64,000 nucleotides of DNA from Sandaracinaceae bacterium (GCA_044220955.1 JBGAQA010000003.1:25294-89293), one strand, 5' to 3'. Shown: positions 1-10,136, counted from the first letter of the stretch. Numbers and translations: made by a program. The notes: generated by a model not told the origin, from the letters alone.

Positions 1-110
1 CGCACGTGCGCGAGCGTCGCCAACCCGCGTGCGCGCAGGGCCTCGACGACGTAGCGACCCGTCAGGCCGGTCGCGCCGGCGACGAACGCGCGCTCGTTCG
101 AGGAAGGCAT
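1..110 (-). CDS. NAD(P)-binding Rossmann-fold protein (epimerase/NmrA-like), 5' part only, runs off the window
   Basis: My translation from ATG at 110: MPSSNERAFVAGATGLTGRYVVEALRARG, with a GxxGxxG motif. Not in the ORF track. Confidence 0.75.
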   Translation of the reverse strand, partial: MPSSNERAFVAGATGLTGRYVVEALRARGLATLAHV

Positions 111-196
111 CGCGCGCGCACTATAGCCGCGCTCGGTCTTCTGGGGCCGATACACGGCCCCTCCGCTGCGACTGAATCGGAACGGAGCCTCCCCCT

Positions 197-1525
197 TCAG
201 TAGACCGGCATCAGCACACGCCCGGACCCACCGCCGTTGGGGTTGACGCGGGTCGCGGGCGGAGCCGGCGGCTGCGGCGGCGCGGGCGCCCAGGGATCGA
301 GCACCCCACGCGGCGGCGCAGGCCGCGGGCGCGGCGGACGCGCCGGGCGAACGACGGCCGGTGTCGACGACGTGGGCGCGGGCGGCAGCGCGGGCGCCGC
401 ATCTCCGCACGTGAAGTGCAGCGTGAACGCGTGGAGCATGCCCTCGTCCTCGCCGGCGTCGTCACGAACGTCGAGCGACCACGTTCCCTGAGCGGAGGTC
501 CCCCCGAACGCGTGCAGCGCGCCGCGCGCGTCGTCCCACGCGTAGCTCCGCGGCGAGTAGGGCCGGCTCCCGCCGGTGTGGCTGGCCAGCACGGCCTGGG
601 CGCCACTCGGCCCGTGCAGGACGACGCGCAGGTCTTGGCTGTATGCGTGGCTCGCGTCCACCTCGACGCTCATCGACGCGATCGTGCATGCCGTCGCGAC
701 GCTCAGCGTCTGCGTGGCGGTGCGGTAGTCGCGGATCGGCGTGGGCGAGGACGCGCTGACCGCGTCGAACGTGCCGCTCGTCAGAGCGCCCGGGGCGAGC
801 GGGGGCGATGGGGTCGCGACGGCGGTCTCGTTCAGGGCCGCGTGGATCACGATCGTGTCGCCGATGACGTGGCCGAGCACGTCCGTCGACGGATGACCCG
901 GCATCTCGAGCACGAAGCGCCGGTCGGAGCCGATCTCGCTCTCCGGCACCGTGAGGACGAACATCGTCGGCGTCGTGCCGAGGGTCTCGCCCTCCGGCGT
1001 GCGCACGGTGGCTCCGTTCGGCTCGCTCGTGATGGTCACGCTCACCCGGTGATCGCCGGCGGCCACCACACCCGCGGCGTCGAGCGCGGCGGGCGCGAGC
1101 GTGAGCTCGTAGGGTAGGTCGGCCGCCGCGGAGAGGGAGCCCACGTGCACGAGGTACTCGCCCGGCTGCGTGACGGTCACGTGCGGCGCGTGCCCGGTTC
1201 CTTCGTCGCTGTCGCAGCGGACCTCGCCTGGGCCGACCACGGCGATCGAGAGCGGGCCACGGAGCGAGCGCGCCGAGATGGTGATCGCGCTCGCGTCGTC
1301 GAGTCGGACCACGTGCTCGGGCACGTCGGCGTCCACGAAGCCAGGACAGCCAGGCGAGAGATCGATCGCCGGCACGCCCGTCGCGCTCGTGTGTCCGGTG
1401 AGCGAGGCGCGAGGCGCGGCAGCCGACACCGACACCGAGCCGAAGCGCGGCTCGACCGGACCGCACGCGCCAAGCGCGAGCGCCACGAGCACGAGGGCGG
1501 AGGGGGAACGTCGGCGCGGCTTCAT
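197..1525 (-). CDS. Lipoprotein with PPC-like module, PEGA-like domain, proprotein-convertase P-domain and Pro-rich tail
   Basis: ATG 1525 overlaps the upstream stop (ATGA). Lipobox LALGAC; PEGA-like VTITSEPNGATV...LGTTP; P-domain VEVDASHAYSQDLRVVLHGPSG...GTWSLDVRDDAGEDEGML. Confidence 0.75.
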   Translation of the reverse strand: MKPRRRSPSALVLVALALGACGPVEPRFGSVSVSAAAPRASLTGHTSATGVPAIDLSPGCPGFVDADVPEHVVRLDDASAITISARSLRGPLSIAVVGPGEVRCDSDEGTGHAPHVTVTQPGEYLVHVGSLSAAADLPYELTLAPAALDAAGVVAAGDHRVSVTITSEPNGATVRTPEGETLGTTPTMFVLTVPESEIGSDRRFVLEMPGHPSTDVLGHVIGDTIVIHAALNETAVATPSPPLAPGALTSGTFDAVSASSPTPIRDYRTATQTLSVATACTIASMSVEVDASHAYSQDLRVVLHGPSGAQAVLASHTGGSRPYSPRSYAWDDARGALHAFGGTSAQGTWSLDVRDDAGEDEGMLHAFTLHFTCGDAAPALPPAPTSSTPAVVRPARPPRPRPAPPRGVLDPWAPAPPQPPAPPATRVNPNGGGSGRVLMPVY

Positions 1526-4104
1526 GCGGCCTCCTGGTCGTCGGGCGGCGTGGGCTTGGGGGTCTTGGCCATCGGGGGCGGGGGCGCGGCCGAGGTGCGA
1601 CTGCGTGGGGGCATCGAGATCCGCGAGCTGCGCTCGGGGATCGCGGCGCTCGCGACCGCCCGGTCGGGCAAGCGCACGAGCAGGAGACTCAAGAGGTACA
1701 CGACGAGGGCGGCGAAGAGCAGCGGCAGCCGCATCGGCAGCCGCACCAGCGCCTCGCCGGGCGTCGACAACACCTCGGCAGGCGAGGCCAAGACCGTGCC
1801 TCCCCCGAGCTGCGCGAGCCGCTCGAGCGCCGCGTGGTCCGGGCCGAAGCGCGCGAGCTCGGCGTCGTAGGGCTGCTCGTCTCCCGCGGCGCTCGTCGGC
1901 TCCGGATCGAGCGGAAGGCGCGCGTCGACGAGGAACGTGAAGCCCGCCGGAACGGTCGTCTGCCACACACCAGGGCCGGCGATCGCGAGCTCGAGATCCA
2001 CGGGCGCCTGCCGTGCACGCACGATGCGCGCGACGGGGGCGGGCTCCTCGAACGGGAAGGGAGAGACGACCGTGACGACGCGCCGCCCCGCGCTCGCGGG
2101 GTCGCGCTCGATGATGACGCGCGGCGGCTCGATCGTGCGGTGGCGCAGCATCCCGCGCGCGAGCGCCGTCCAGAAGCGGCGGAAGATCGGCGCGCTCCGC
2201 CAGCCGTCGGACCACGCGCCGCTCGATGCGCTGGTGAACGACGCGACCTGTCCGAGACCGCGGTGCCAGTGCGCGAGCAGCGGCATCCCCTCGGTGGCGC
2301 TCAGCGCCTGCGTCGCGGCGGGCTTGGTCGTGGCGAGCGCGTGACCCGTCAGCGGCGGCGCAGTGCCGAATTCCACCCCGTCGAGCATCGCCAGGTGCGT
2401 CTGCTCGCGCGCGACGAAGGTGGTCTGCCGCTGCGCCGGGGGCTGCCGCACCATAGCCTCGGAGACGACGAGCGAGGCGAGCCCGGCGCCGCTGGAGGTC
2501 ACGTGATACCGACCGCGACCGATGCGCGCGATGTCGGCGAGCAGGGACGAGTAGCTGCCGATCGTGATCGTGGAGATCGACACTCCTCGACCGGCGAGCG
2601 CGGTGGCCGCAGCCGTGGCGCTCTGCGGCTCGCTCTCGCCATCCGAGATCAGGATGACGTGGTGGATGTAGCGATCGTCGTGCGACATGATGTGGTTCGC
2701 GGCCTGGATCGCGGCCGCGATGTTGGTGCCGCCGTCCGCGTCGATGCTGCGGATGAAGTTGATGACCGACGTCGCCTGGCTCATCGGCTGGGGCGCGATC
2801 GTGCGATCGGCTTGTCCCGAGAACGCGACGACCCCCACGCGCGCGTCCAGGCGAAGCGCGTGAACCGCGGCGATCGCGGCGTTTCGCGCCTGCGCCATGG
2901 GTGTGCCGCTCATCGAGCCGGAGCGATCGATCACGATCACGAGCTCGAGCGGCCGCGGCTCCGGCTGCGCGGGCGGCGGGCCGATCGGCTCGATCTCGCG
3001 CAGGGTGCGCGGCGTGCTGCGGACGGGGCGCCCGCCGGTGACCCGGATCCAGCCGCCGCCCTCGTCCTCGACCCAGCTGCGGAGCGCCGTCTGCTGGACG
3101 TCGGAGTAGTCGCCCAGCTCGATCTCGTCGGAGATCACGAGCGCGAAGCGGTCGTAGCCGTCCGCGCTCGCGGGCGCCTCCTCGGGCGTCCGGACCTCGA
3201 CCTCCATCCCCGCGTCCTCGAGCGTGGCGACGAGCGTGGGCTCGGTGGCGCTCGCGTCGTGGAAGATGAGCACGCGCGGCTTGGGCAGGACCTCCACGAG
3301 GGCGCGCCAGCGATCGTTGACCGGCACGGCGTCGCCGGGGGTGCTCGCCGCGATCTCGAGCTCGTGCACACCGGGCTCGGTCGGGAAGCGCACCGAGAGG
3401 CGCGCGCTCGAGTCCCCGGCGAGCGCGTGGTGCTCGGCCGTCGCGACGGAGGCTCCGTCGAGGAAGGCCTCGAGGTGCACGTCGATCTCGCGGCTCGCGA
3501 ACACCGTGGGCGCGACGTCGACCGTCTCCTCCGCGTGAACGAGGCGCGGGGCCTCGAGCGCCGCGATCGAGACGACGTCGATGGGCGGCCGCTCGCCGAT
3601 GGGCAGGATGGCCACCTCGATGCCATCGTCGTGCGCGGCCGCGACGGCAGAAGCCAGCGTGCCGTCCTCGTCGCGTCCGTCGCTCGCGAGCAGGACGCGG
3701 CGCACCCGGTCCCGGGGGAGCGTCGCCGTCGCCGCGCCGAGCGCGCTCGCGACCGAGGGCTCCGGCTCGCCGCGCGTGGGCGTGCGCGCTCGCGCGAAGC
3801 GGACCTCCGGCCGGCTCGCCTCGAGCTGAACCATCGACTGGCGCAGCCCTGCCCGCTCGTCCTCTGCGATGCCGTCGCTCGCGTCGACGACGAGCGCGAC
3901 CGCGAGGTCGTGCGTGGGCCAGCCGATCCGTAGATCCGCGATCGCGAGCACGACGAGCGCGACGGCCAGAGCGCGCGTCGCCGTCGCCATCACACGGCGC
4001 CGCCGCGAGAGCAAGAAGCGGCTGCGCAACGCGAGCAGCACGACGAGCGGCACCGCGACGAGGCCGTAGAGCGCGAGGACGAAGCCGACGGTGATCGTGG
4101 GCAT
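1522..4104 (-). CDS. Membrane-anchored vWA-domain protein with Ig-like and glutamine-amidotransferase-like regions (MoxR operon)
   Basis: N-terminal TM helices; MIDAS motif IVIDRSGSM, GGTNI, ILISDG; C-terminal TM. Confidence 0.85.
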   Translation of the reverse strand: MPTITVGFVLALYGLVAVPLVVLLALRSRFLLSRRRRVMATATRALAVALVVLAIADLRIGWPTHDLAVALVVDASDGIAEDERAGLRQSMVQLEASRPEVRFARARTPTRGEPEPSVASALGAATATLPRDRVRRVLLASDGRDEDGTLASAVAAAHDDGIEVAILPIGERPPIDVVSIAALEAPRLVHAEETVDVAPTVFASREIDVHLEAFLDGASVATAEHHALAGDSSARLSVRFPTEPGVHELEIAASTPGDAVPVNDRWRALVEVLPKPRVLIFHDASATEPTLVATLEDAGMEVEVRTPEEAPASADGYDRFALVISDEIELGDYSDVQQTALRSWVEDEGGGWIRVTGGRPVRSTPRTLREIEPIGPPPAQPEPRPLELVIVIDRSGSMSGTPMAQARNAAIAAVHALRLDARVGVVAFSGQADRTIAPQPMSQATSVINFIRSIDADGGTNIAAAIQAANHIMSHDDRYIHHVILISDGESEPQSATAAATALAGRGVSISTITIGSYSSLLADIARIGRGRYHVTSSGAGLASLVVSEAMVRQPPAQRQTTFVAREQTHLAMLDGVEFGTAPPLTGHALATTKPAATQALSATEGMPLLAHWHRGLGQVASFTSASSGAWSDGWRSAPIFRRFWTALARGMLRHRTIEPPRVIIERDPASAGRRVVTVVSPFPFEEPAPVARIVRARQAPVDLELAIAGPGVWQTTVPAGFTFLVDARLPLDPEPTSAAGDEQPYDAELARFGPDHAALERLAQLGGGTVLASPAEVLSTPGEALVRLPMRLPLLFAALVVYLLSLLLVRLPDRAVASAAIPERSSRISMPPRSRTSAAPPPPMAKTPKPTPPDDQEAA

Positions 4105-4111
4105 CACGCCT

Positions 4112-5923
4112 TCACTCCAGCTTCCCGCGATGGAGCAGCGTCCACTCGAGGAGCATGAGGAGCAGCAGTCCGACGGCGACCATCGAGGCCAGAGGGGGTA
4201 GCGCGCTCTCGGTCGCGAACGTGCCGCCGGTGGCGCCGGCGCCGAGCGGCCCCGCGAGATCCGTTCCACCGTAGGCGATGGCGCGCTCGCCGACGTGGTA
4301 GACGCCGGCGCGGGCGACCGTCGGGATCAGCCCGCCGGGCACCTCCAGCGGCGCGCCGTCGGGCCCGCGCAGCTCCTGGCCGGCCTCGGCGAGGAGCGAG
4401 CCGCCGAGCCTGCGCGCCAAGGGCGTGGGTTCCGTGCGATCGGTCGCCCAGGCGAGCGCGTGGTGCACGAGGAGCGGGAACGACTCGCCGCGGACCAGAT
4501 CCGTCGCATCCGTCGCGAAGCCGAACACCACCATGCGGGCGCGGGGCAGCTCGCGCGCGACGGCGATCGCCCGATCGCCGCTTCGGAGCAACACGGCGTC
4601 GCCCGACGCCTCGACGATCGCGCGCGCACCGTCGAGGTGCACCGCGTCGAAGCGGAGCCCGGAGATCACGGGGTGGCTCCCGAGCACTCCCGTGATTCGT
4701 GGGCGTCTCAGCGTGACACCGAGGGCGACGGGGCCCGACTCGGCGGGGTCGAACACCACGACCGCCGCGTGGTCGACCCCGGCGGGGAGCGCGGCGTGAT
4801 CGAGCACGATGGCGTGGTAGTGCGCGAGCGAGGCGGTCGACTGCGTGCCCAGCGCGGCGGTGCCCATCCGGTCGACCTCGAGCCCTGGATGGGCGGTCAG
4901 CGCCGCCTCGACGAAGGGATCGCCGTCGGTCACGAAGAGCACGCGCGTCGCCTCGAGCGCGTCCACGATCGCGTACGCGTGGTCGTCCACCTCGAGCGCG
5001 TCGCTCGAGCCCGCGATGCCGACGGAGGTCAGCTCGGCGGCGAGCTCGGCGCGTGCCGACGAGAAGCCCTCCGCCGTGAGCACGCGCTCTTCGTGCCCGG
5101 CGAGCTGGATCGTCTCGTCGAGGAGGGGTACCTCGCCGTCGCGCACGACCACGTGCGCGTGACCCTCGCGCGACGCGTAGTTGTGCACCGCGATCCGCGT
5201 CGTGTACTCGCCGACTGCCGTCGGCACGCGCCGCGCGGCGAACGACGCGATGCCGATCGTGTCGGCGCTCGTGCCGATGGGCAACACCACCTGCGCCGCG
5301 CGGGTCGCGTGTCGCACGGGGTGGTCGGTGAGGACGAGGATCTGCCCGGTGGGCGGGCCTTCGCCGGAGCGGGCGACGACGATCTCGTCCGCGAGCGCCA
5401 TCGCAGCGTCCAGATCGCTCGGCCCGTCATCGGTCGTGATCGCGGCCAGCGGAGCCTCGAGATCGCTCGCCGCGTCGGTCACGGGAAGGAGCACGCTCGC
5501 TCGCATCCCTGCGCGCACGATCGTGACCTCGCCCGTGATGGTCGTTCGCTCCGCCCAGCGACGCACCTCGGCCACCGCGTGATCGATGCGTCGCCCTCCG
5601 CTCTGCTCGTCGGCACCCATCGTGCGGCCGACGTCCAGCACGATCACCGTGGTGCCACGGATGCCGGCGCCGAAGCGCGGGTCGCCGGCGAGGAACACCA
5701 TCGCGGCCGCGACGAGGATCGAGAGCAGGAGCGCGATCAGCGGGATGCGGATCGAGGCGAGCCACTTCGGCCGGCTGTTCTCGAGCGCCTTGAGCCAGAA
5801 CTCGACGTTCGAGACCACCTGCGGCCGGGGCGTGCGCCGCAGTAGGTAGAGCAGCACGACCGCGAGCACCGCGCCCGCGATCAGCATGCCCACCAGCGCC
5901 GCCGGCATCGCCGCGAAGGTCAT
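4112..5923 (-). CDS. BatA-type N-terminal domain plus vWA membrane protein
   Basis: LLYLLRR...VSNVEFW BatA-like motif; degenerate vWA (VIVLDVGRTM, LVLTD); C-terminal LLLMLLEW; ATGA overlap with the DUF58 gene. Confidence 0.8.
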   Translation of the reverse strand: MTFAAMPAALVGMLIAGAVLAVVLLYLLRRTPRPQVVSNVEFWLKALENSRPKWLASIRIPLIALLLSILVAAAMVFLAGDPRFGAGIRGTTVIVLDVGRTMGADEQSGGRRIDHAVAEVRRWAERTTITGEVTIVRAGMRASVLLPVTDAASDLEAPLAAITTDDGPSDLDAAMALADEIVVARSGEGPPTGQILVLTDHPVRHATRAAQVVLPIGTSADTIGIASFAARRVPTAVGEYTTRIAVHNYASREGHAHVVVRDGEVPLLDETIQLAGHEERVLTAEGFSSARAELAAELTSVGIAGSSDALEVDDHAYAIVDALEATRVLFVTDGDPFVEAALTAHPGLEVDRMGTAALGTQSTASLAHYHAIVLDHAALPAGVDHAAVVVFDPAESGPVALGVTLRRPRITGVLGSHPVISGLRFDAVHLDGARAIVEASGDAVLLRSGDRAIAVARELPRARMVVFGFATDATDLVRGESFPLLVHHALAWATDRTEPTPLARRLGGSLLAEAGQELRGPDGAPLEVPGGLIPTVARAGVYHVGERAIAYGGTDLAGPLGAGATGGTFATESALPPLASMVAVGLLLLMLLEWTLLHRGKLE

Positions 5924-6801
5924 GCGGCCTTGCGCCCCTCTTGACCGGCGAACGCCTTCTTCAGCATCGCCTCGCCGCTCGCCTCGACCTCGATGTCGAC
6001 GAAGCGACCGCCCGCACGACGGCACCCGTCGCGGCAGTCGTTCACGTGCCGATCGACGATCTTGGTGTACGCCTGCACGAGCTCCTTGCTCATGCGCAGG
6101 CGCACCGTCTGCCCGCTCTCGGCGTCGAAGAGCTCGAGCTCACCCTCGAGCTTGGGGTGGCGATCCTCCTCGCAGGACAGGTGCACGACGCGGACCTCGT
6201 GACCGAGCGCGCCGAGCGTGCGGAATGCTTCGGGAAAGCCCTCCGGCTTCATGAGGTCGCTGATCACGACGACCAGGCCGCGCTTGGGCCAGCGCTCGGC
6301 GAGCGCGCGCACCGCCTGTGGAAAGTGCGTCGGACCGCCCGGGGAGCACTCGCCGAGGAAGCGATCGACCTCGGGGAGGTCGCTCCCGGTGCGCAGCGGG
6401 CGACTCTCGCGCTCGAGGTCGTCACCGAAGGGGATCACGATCGAGCGATCGAAGCGCCGCATCCCGACGTACGCGAACGCTGCGGCGATCTTCTTGGCGG
6501 CCTCGATCTTCGGTGGCTTGCCGCGCGCCATCGAGCCCGAGAGGTCGAGCATCACGTAGATGCGTGCGTCACGCTCCTCCTCGAACTGTCTGAGGACGAG
6601 GTTCCCGTTCTGCGCGAACTTCTTCCAGTCGATGCGCCGGAAGTCGTCGCCGGGGACGTACGCGCGGTGATCGGCGAACTCGACGCCGCTCGCGAGCACG
6701 GGCGACTTGTGGCCGCCCTGTCGCGTCGCCGTCGCGCCCGGTCGCACGTGCAGCGCGAGCCGGTCGAGGAGGCGCCGAGCCGCGTCGTCGAGGATGCGCA
6801 T
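5920..6801 (-). CDS. DUF58 family protein
   Basis: GVEFADHRAYVPGDDFRRIDWK, LRQFEEE, LDLSGSM and VVISD motifs. Confidence 0.92.
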   Translation of the reverse strand: MRILDDAARRLLDRLALHVRPGATATRQGGHKSPVLASGVEFADHRAYVPGDDFRRIDWKKFAQNGNLVLRQFEEERDARIYVMLDLSGSMARGKPPKIEAAKKIAAAFAYVGMRRFDRSIVIPFGDDLERESRPLRTGSDLPEVDRFLGECSPGGPTHFPQAVRALAERWPKRGLVVVISDLMKPEGFPEAFRTLGALGHEVRVVHLSCEEDRHPKLEGELELFDAESGQTVRLRMSKELVQAYTKIVDRHVNDCRDGCRRAGGRFVDIEVEASGEAMLKKAFAGQEGRKAA

Positions 6802-6808
6802 CGTGCGC

Positions 6809-7873
6809 TCAGCGCTTCTTGGCGTTCGCCGCCGCTTCCTTGAGCTGCACCGGTGCCGACTTCTTGTCCTTGGTGTCGAGCTCGATGAGCGTCTGGCGGA
6901 TGAGCGTGTCGGTCGTCGCCTCGTCGGCGAGCGCGTCGAAGTTCAAGAGGATGCGGTGGCGCAGGCAGGGGTAGGCCGCCTTGTGCACGTCCTCGATCGA
7001 GACGTTGAGCCGGCCCTCGAGCAGAGCGAAGAACTTGGCGACCGCGAGGATCGACTGCGCCGCGCGCGGCGAGGCGCCCGCCTTCACGTAGCGGCGGTTG
7101 CACGCCGGCGCCGTCGGGTGATCGGGGTGCGTCGCGAACACGAGCCGCACGGCGTAGCGCGACACGTGATCGGCCACGGGCATCTGTCGGATCGTCTTGC
7201 CCGCTGCGATGATGGCGTCGCCGTCGGCGACCTTTCCGACGTCGGCCTCGATCGCGCTCGACGTGCGCGCGACGATGTTCACCATCTCGTCTTCCGTCGG
7301 GAAGCGGACGAGCACCTTCATCAGGAAGCGATCGAGCTGCGCCTCGGGGAGCGGGTACGTGCCCTCGTTGTCGATCGGGTTCTGCGTCGCGACGACGAAG
7401 AAGGGTGCCGGAAGCTCGTACGTCTCGCTGCCGAGCGAGACCTGGTGCTCCTGCATCGCCTCGAGCAGCGCCGACTGCGTCTTGGGCGAAGCACGGTTGA
7501 TCTCGTCGGCGAGCACCACGTTCGAGAAGAGCGGCCCCTTCTGGAGCGTCATCATCGGCCGCCCGTCGGCGCCGACCTGGACGACGTAGGTGCCGAGGAT
7601 GTCGGAGGGCATGAGATCGGGCGTGAACTGCACCCGGGCGAACTTCAGGTGCACGACGTCGGCGAGCGTGCGCGCGAGCAGCGTCTTGCCGACGCCGGGC
7701 ACGCCCTCCATCAACACGTGCCCGCCGAGCAGGAGCCCAGCGGTCACGCACTGCACGGTCTCTTCCTGCCCGACGACGCGCTCGCCGACCTTGGCGGCGA
7801 TGCGCTGACAGAGCGCGCGCACGTGCTCGAAGGGGTTGAGCACGTGGACCTGCTGCTTGAGTGTCTCGACCAT
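6809..7873 (-). CDS. moxR: MoxR-family AAA+ ATPase
   Basis: Walker A GVPGVGKT; RVQFTPDLMPSDILG; Walker B LADEINRA; ATQNPIDNEGTYPLPEAQLDRF; GASPRA. Confidence 0.96.
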   Translation of the reverse strand: MVETLKQQVHVLNPFEHVRALCQRIAAKVGERVVGQEETVQCVTAGLLLGGHVLMEGVPGVGKTLLARTLADVVHLKFARVQFTPDLMPSDILGTYVVQVGADGRPMMTLQKGPLFSNVVLADEINRASPKTQSALLEAMQEHQVSLGSETYELPAPFFVVATQNPIDNEGTYPLPEAQLDRFLMKVLVRFPTEDEMVNIVARTSSAIEADVGKVADGDAIIAAGKTIRQMPVADHVSRYAVRLVFATHPDHPTAPACNRRYVKAGASPRAAQSILAVAKFFALLEGRLNVSIEDVHKAAYPCLRHRILLNFDALADEATTDTLIRQTLIELDTKDKKSAPVQLKEAAANAKKR

Positions 7874-7904
7874 CGTCTTCGTCCTCGTCCTGCTCTGTTC
7901 TTCT

Positions 7905-10001
7905 TCAGTGAGTCCCGGAGCCCGAAGGTTCCGGGTCGCGAGCGCGCTGCTGCTCGAGCGCACGGAGATAGCGACGCACGTAAGCACGGAGCGATCCCGG
8001 GACGTCGGCCCCGCGCGTCACGTGACCGCCCTGCGCGCCGCTGCCTGAGACGGCGCCGCTGCCGGTGCCCGGATCGCCGCCGGAGATGCCGTCCATCCGC
8101 ATCCCCGTGTGGCCCGTGTCGCGGCCACCGCCGGGCAAGAGCCCCATCGGATCGATGTCGGCGCCGGTCTGCGCGGTCTCGCCGGGCTGTGTACCGGGGT
8201 CCACGTCGACGGCCTGTGCGGACTCGATCGCGTGCCGCGCGGCCGAGGCCGGATCACCCGCGGCGCCGGTGCCCCACCCATCGGACGGAGCGCTCTGCGG
8301 CCCGCCGCCCTGGCTCGTGCCGTTGCCCTCGCCCTGGCCCTCGCCCTGACCCTCGCCTTGACCCTGACCCTCGCCCTGGCCCTCGCCCTGACCCTCGCCC
8401 TGGCCCTGACCCTCGCCCTCCGAGCCCGACTGCCCGGACTGCGAGCCCGACTCGGTCCCGCTCTCGCTCCCGCTCTCGCTCCCGCTCTCGCTCCCGCTCT
8501 CGCTCCCGTCAGCGCTCGCCAGCTGCTCGCGCGCCTCGTCGGTCGCTCGGTCGGCGACGTCGTCGTGCAGCTGGTCGAGCGCCTGTCGTGCGTCCGCCAG
8601 ATCCTGCGTCTCGCGCCCGCCTTCCTGCCGAAGCGACTGCCGCGCGTCCTCGATCGCCTGATCCATCGCCTGACGATCGCCTTGCGCGCGCGCCTCGCTC
8701 GCCCGCTCGAGCGCCTCCGCCGTCTGGGGCGCCTGCTCGCGCACCGCGTCCGCCGCCTGATCGAGCCCCTGCCCGACCTCTTGGCCCGGAACGCCATGGT
8801 CCTCGTCGGTCGGGTGCAGCGACGCGAGATCCTGGTCGAGCCGCTGCATCGAGTCGACGAGCTCCTGTCCTGCATCGCGACGACTCGTGTCGTCGCTCTC
8901 GTCGGCGCCGGTGTCACCACGCTCCGCGCGCTCTTCCGCCCAGCCGTGCTCCTGCTCCGCGAGATCGAGCGCGTCGCGCTGCGCCTGCTGCGCCTCGGCC
9001 TGCAGCTGCGCAGCCTCCGCCGCTCTCGACGGGTCCTGCGCAGCCTCGCGCCAGCGCTCGAGCGCTTCCTGCGCCTCGTCCCACTGCTCGCGAAGCTCCT
9101 CGCTCGCGTACGCGGGCGGCTCGCCGCTCACGCTCGTCGGCGCCTCGCCGAGCTCGTCTGCGCTCGCGGACTCGCCCGGCGGATCCTCGCCCGGCGGCTG
9201 CCGCCCCGTGGCGCGCTCGATCGCCTCGGCCGCCCGCCGGAACGCCTCCGCACGCTGCTCCTGCGTCGCCTCACGCGCACGCTCGAGCTCGTGCTCGAGC
9301 CGGTTGATCTCCGAGTCGAGCCGCCGCTCCGGATCCTCCGCCATCGCGCGCCTCAGCGCCTCGGCCTCCTCGGCGATCTGCTCGGCGCTGCGCGTCTCCT
9401 CTTCCTCGCCCATCGCCTCGCGCACCGCGGCGCGGATCGCCGGCCACGCCATGGCGAACGGCAGCACCAGCGCCGCGCTCACCGCGAGCGCGCCGAGCCA
9501 CTGCGGCGCGCGGAGCAGGGGTCGCGGGATCTCCGGCGGCTTCTCGAGCCCGTCGAGCACGCTCGCCGCCTGCTTCAGCTGCAGGCGCTGGAACGGAGAC
9601 GGCTCCTTCTCGCGTGCAAACTGCACGGCGCTGGCAAAGCGATCCTTGCCGTCGAGCAGGCGATCGAGGATACGCGCAGCGCTGAGCTCGTCGACCCAGC
9701 GCCGGCGCACCTGTGCGATCGCCGACGCGAGGCCGACGACGCCGGCCGCGACCACCGCGGGGACCGGCGAGACCTGCGCGATGTCGCTCGCGACGACCAG
9801 CGGCAGCGCGATCGCGCCCGCGATCGCCGTTCCCGAGAGCACGCCATCGACGAGCACCCAGCGGTGCACGTGGTTGCGGATGCGCCCGAGGGACTCGGCG
9901 ATGACCGGCGCGAGCAGCGAAGCGGGCGCCCGGGTCGGCCCGGCCTCGCTGGCCTCGGCCTGCGGCTGCTCCGAGCGCTCCTCGTCTTCTTGGCTGCTCA
10001 C
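7905..10001 (-). CDS. Membrane protein with long acidic coiled-coil and Gly/Glu/Gln/Ser low-complexity tail (DUF4175-like), first gene of the MoxR operon
   Basis: Three N-terminal TM segments; ARILDRLLDGKDRFASAVQF; terminal VPGSLRAYVRRYL typical of these MoxR-operon partners. GTG start at 10001 inferred. Confidence 0.7.
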   Translation of the reverse strand: MSSQEDEERSEQPQAEASEAGPTRAPASLLAPVIAESLGRIRNHVHRWVLVDGVLSGTAIAGAIALPLVVASDIAQVSPVPAVVAAGVVGLASAIAQVRRRWVDELSAARILDRLLDGKDRFASAVQFAREKEPSPFQRLQLKQAASVLDGLEKPPEIPRPLLRAPQWLGALAVSAALVLPFAMAWPAIRAAVREAMGEEEETRSAEQIAEEAEALRRAMAEDPERRLDSEINRLEHELERAREATQEQRAEAFRRAAEAIERATGRQPPGEDPPGESASADELGEAPTSVSGEPPAYASEELREQWDEAQEALERWREAAQDPSRAAEAAQLQAEAQQAQRDALDLAEQEHGWAEERAERGDTGADESDDTSRRDAGQELVDSMQRLDQDLASLHPTDEDHGVPGQEVGQGLDQAADAVREQAPQTAEALERASEARAQGDRQAMDQAIEDARQSLRQEGGRETQDLADARQALDQLHDDVADRATDEAREQLASADGSESGSESGSESGSESGTESGSQSGQSGSEGEGQGQGEGQGEGQGEGQGQGEGQGEGQGEGNGTSQGGGPQSAPSDGWGTGAAGDPASAARHAIESAQAVDVDPGTQPGETAQTGADIDPMGLLPGGGRDTGHTGMRMDGISGGDPGTGSGAVSGSGAQGGHVTRGADVPGSLRAYVRRYLRALEQQRARDPEPSGSGTH
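8325..8508. repeat. Coding tandem repeats: (GEGQ)n and four exact 12-bp CTCTCGCTCCCG units encoding (GSES)4
   Basis: Exact 12-mers at 8461-8508; ccctcgccctg(g/a) repeats at about 8325-8420. Confidence 0.9.
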
Positions 10002-10016
10002 GGCGTTGTCCCTACA

Positions 10017-10042
10017 GACGATCGACCCGGCAAATCGTTCCC
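10017..10042 (-). promoter_or_regulatory. Putative ECF sigma-factor promoter for the MoxR operon
   Basis: Minus strand reads GGGAAC-N16-CGTC, ending 15 nt before the inferred start codon. Confidence 0.5.
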
Positions 10043-10096
10043 GCTTGGCGATCAAGCGAGGGGATCGCAAACGATTCCGAGCGGATCCTACGCTGC

Positions 10097-10136
10097 AAAA
10101 CGGAAAAGACCCCCGGGAACCTTCCCGGGGGCCTTC
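10097..10136 (-). terminator. Rho-independent terminator of the AgmX/PglI-like gene
   Basis: Minus strand GAAGGCCCCCGGGAA-GG-TTCCCGGGGGTC followed by TTTTCCGTTTT, about 30 nt after the stop. Confidence 0.8.
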
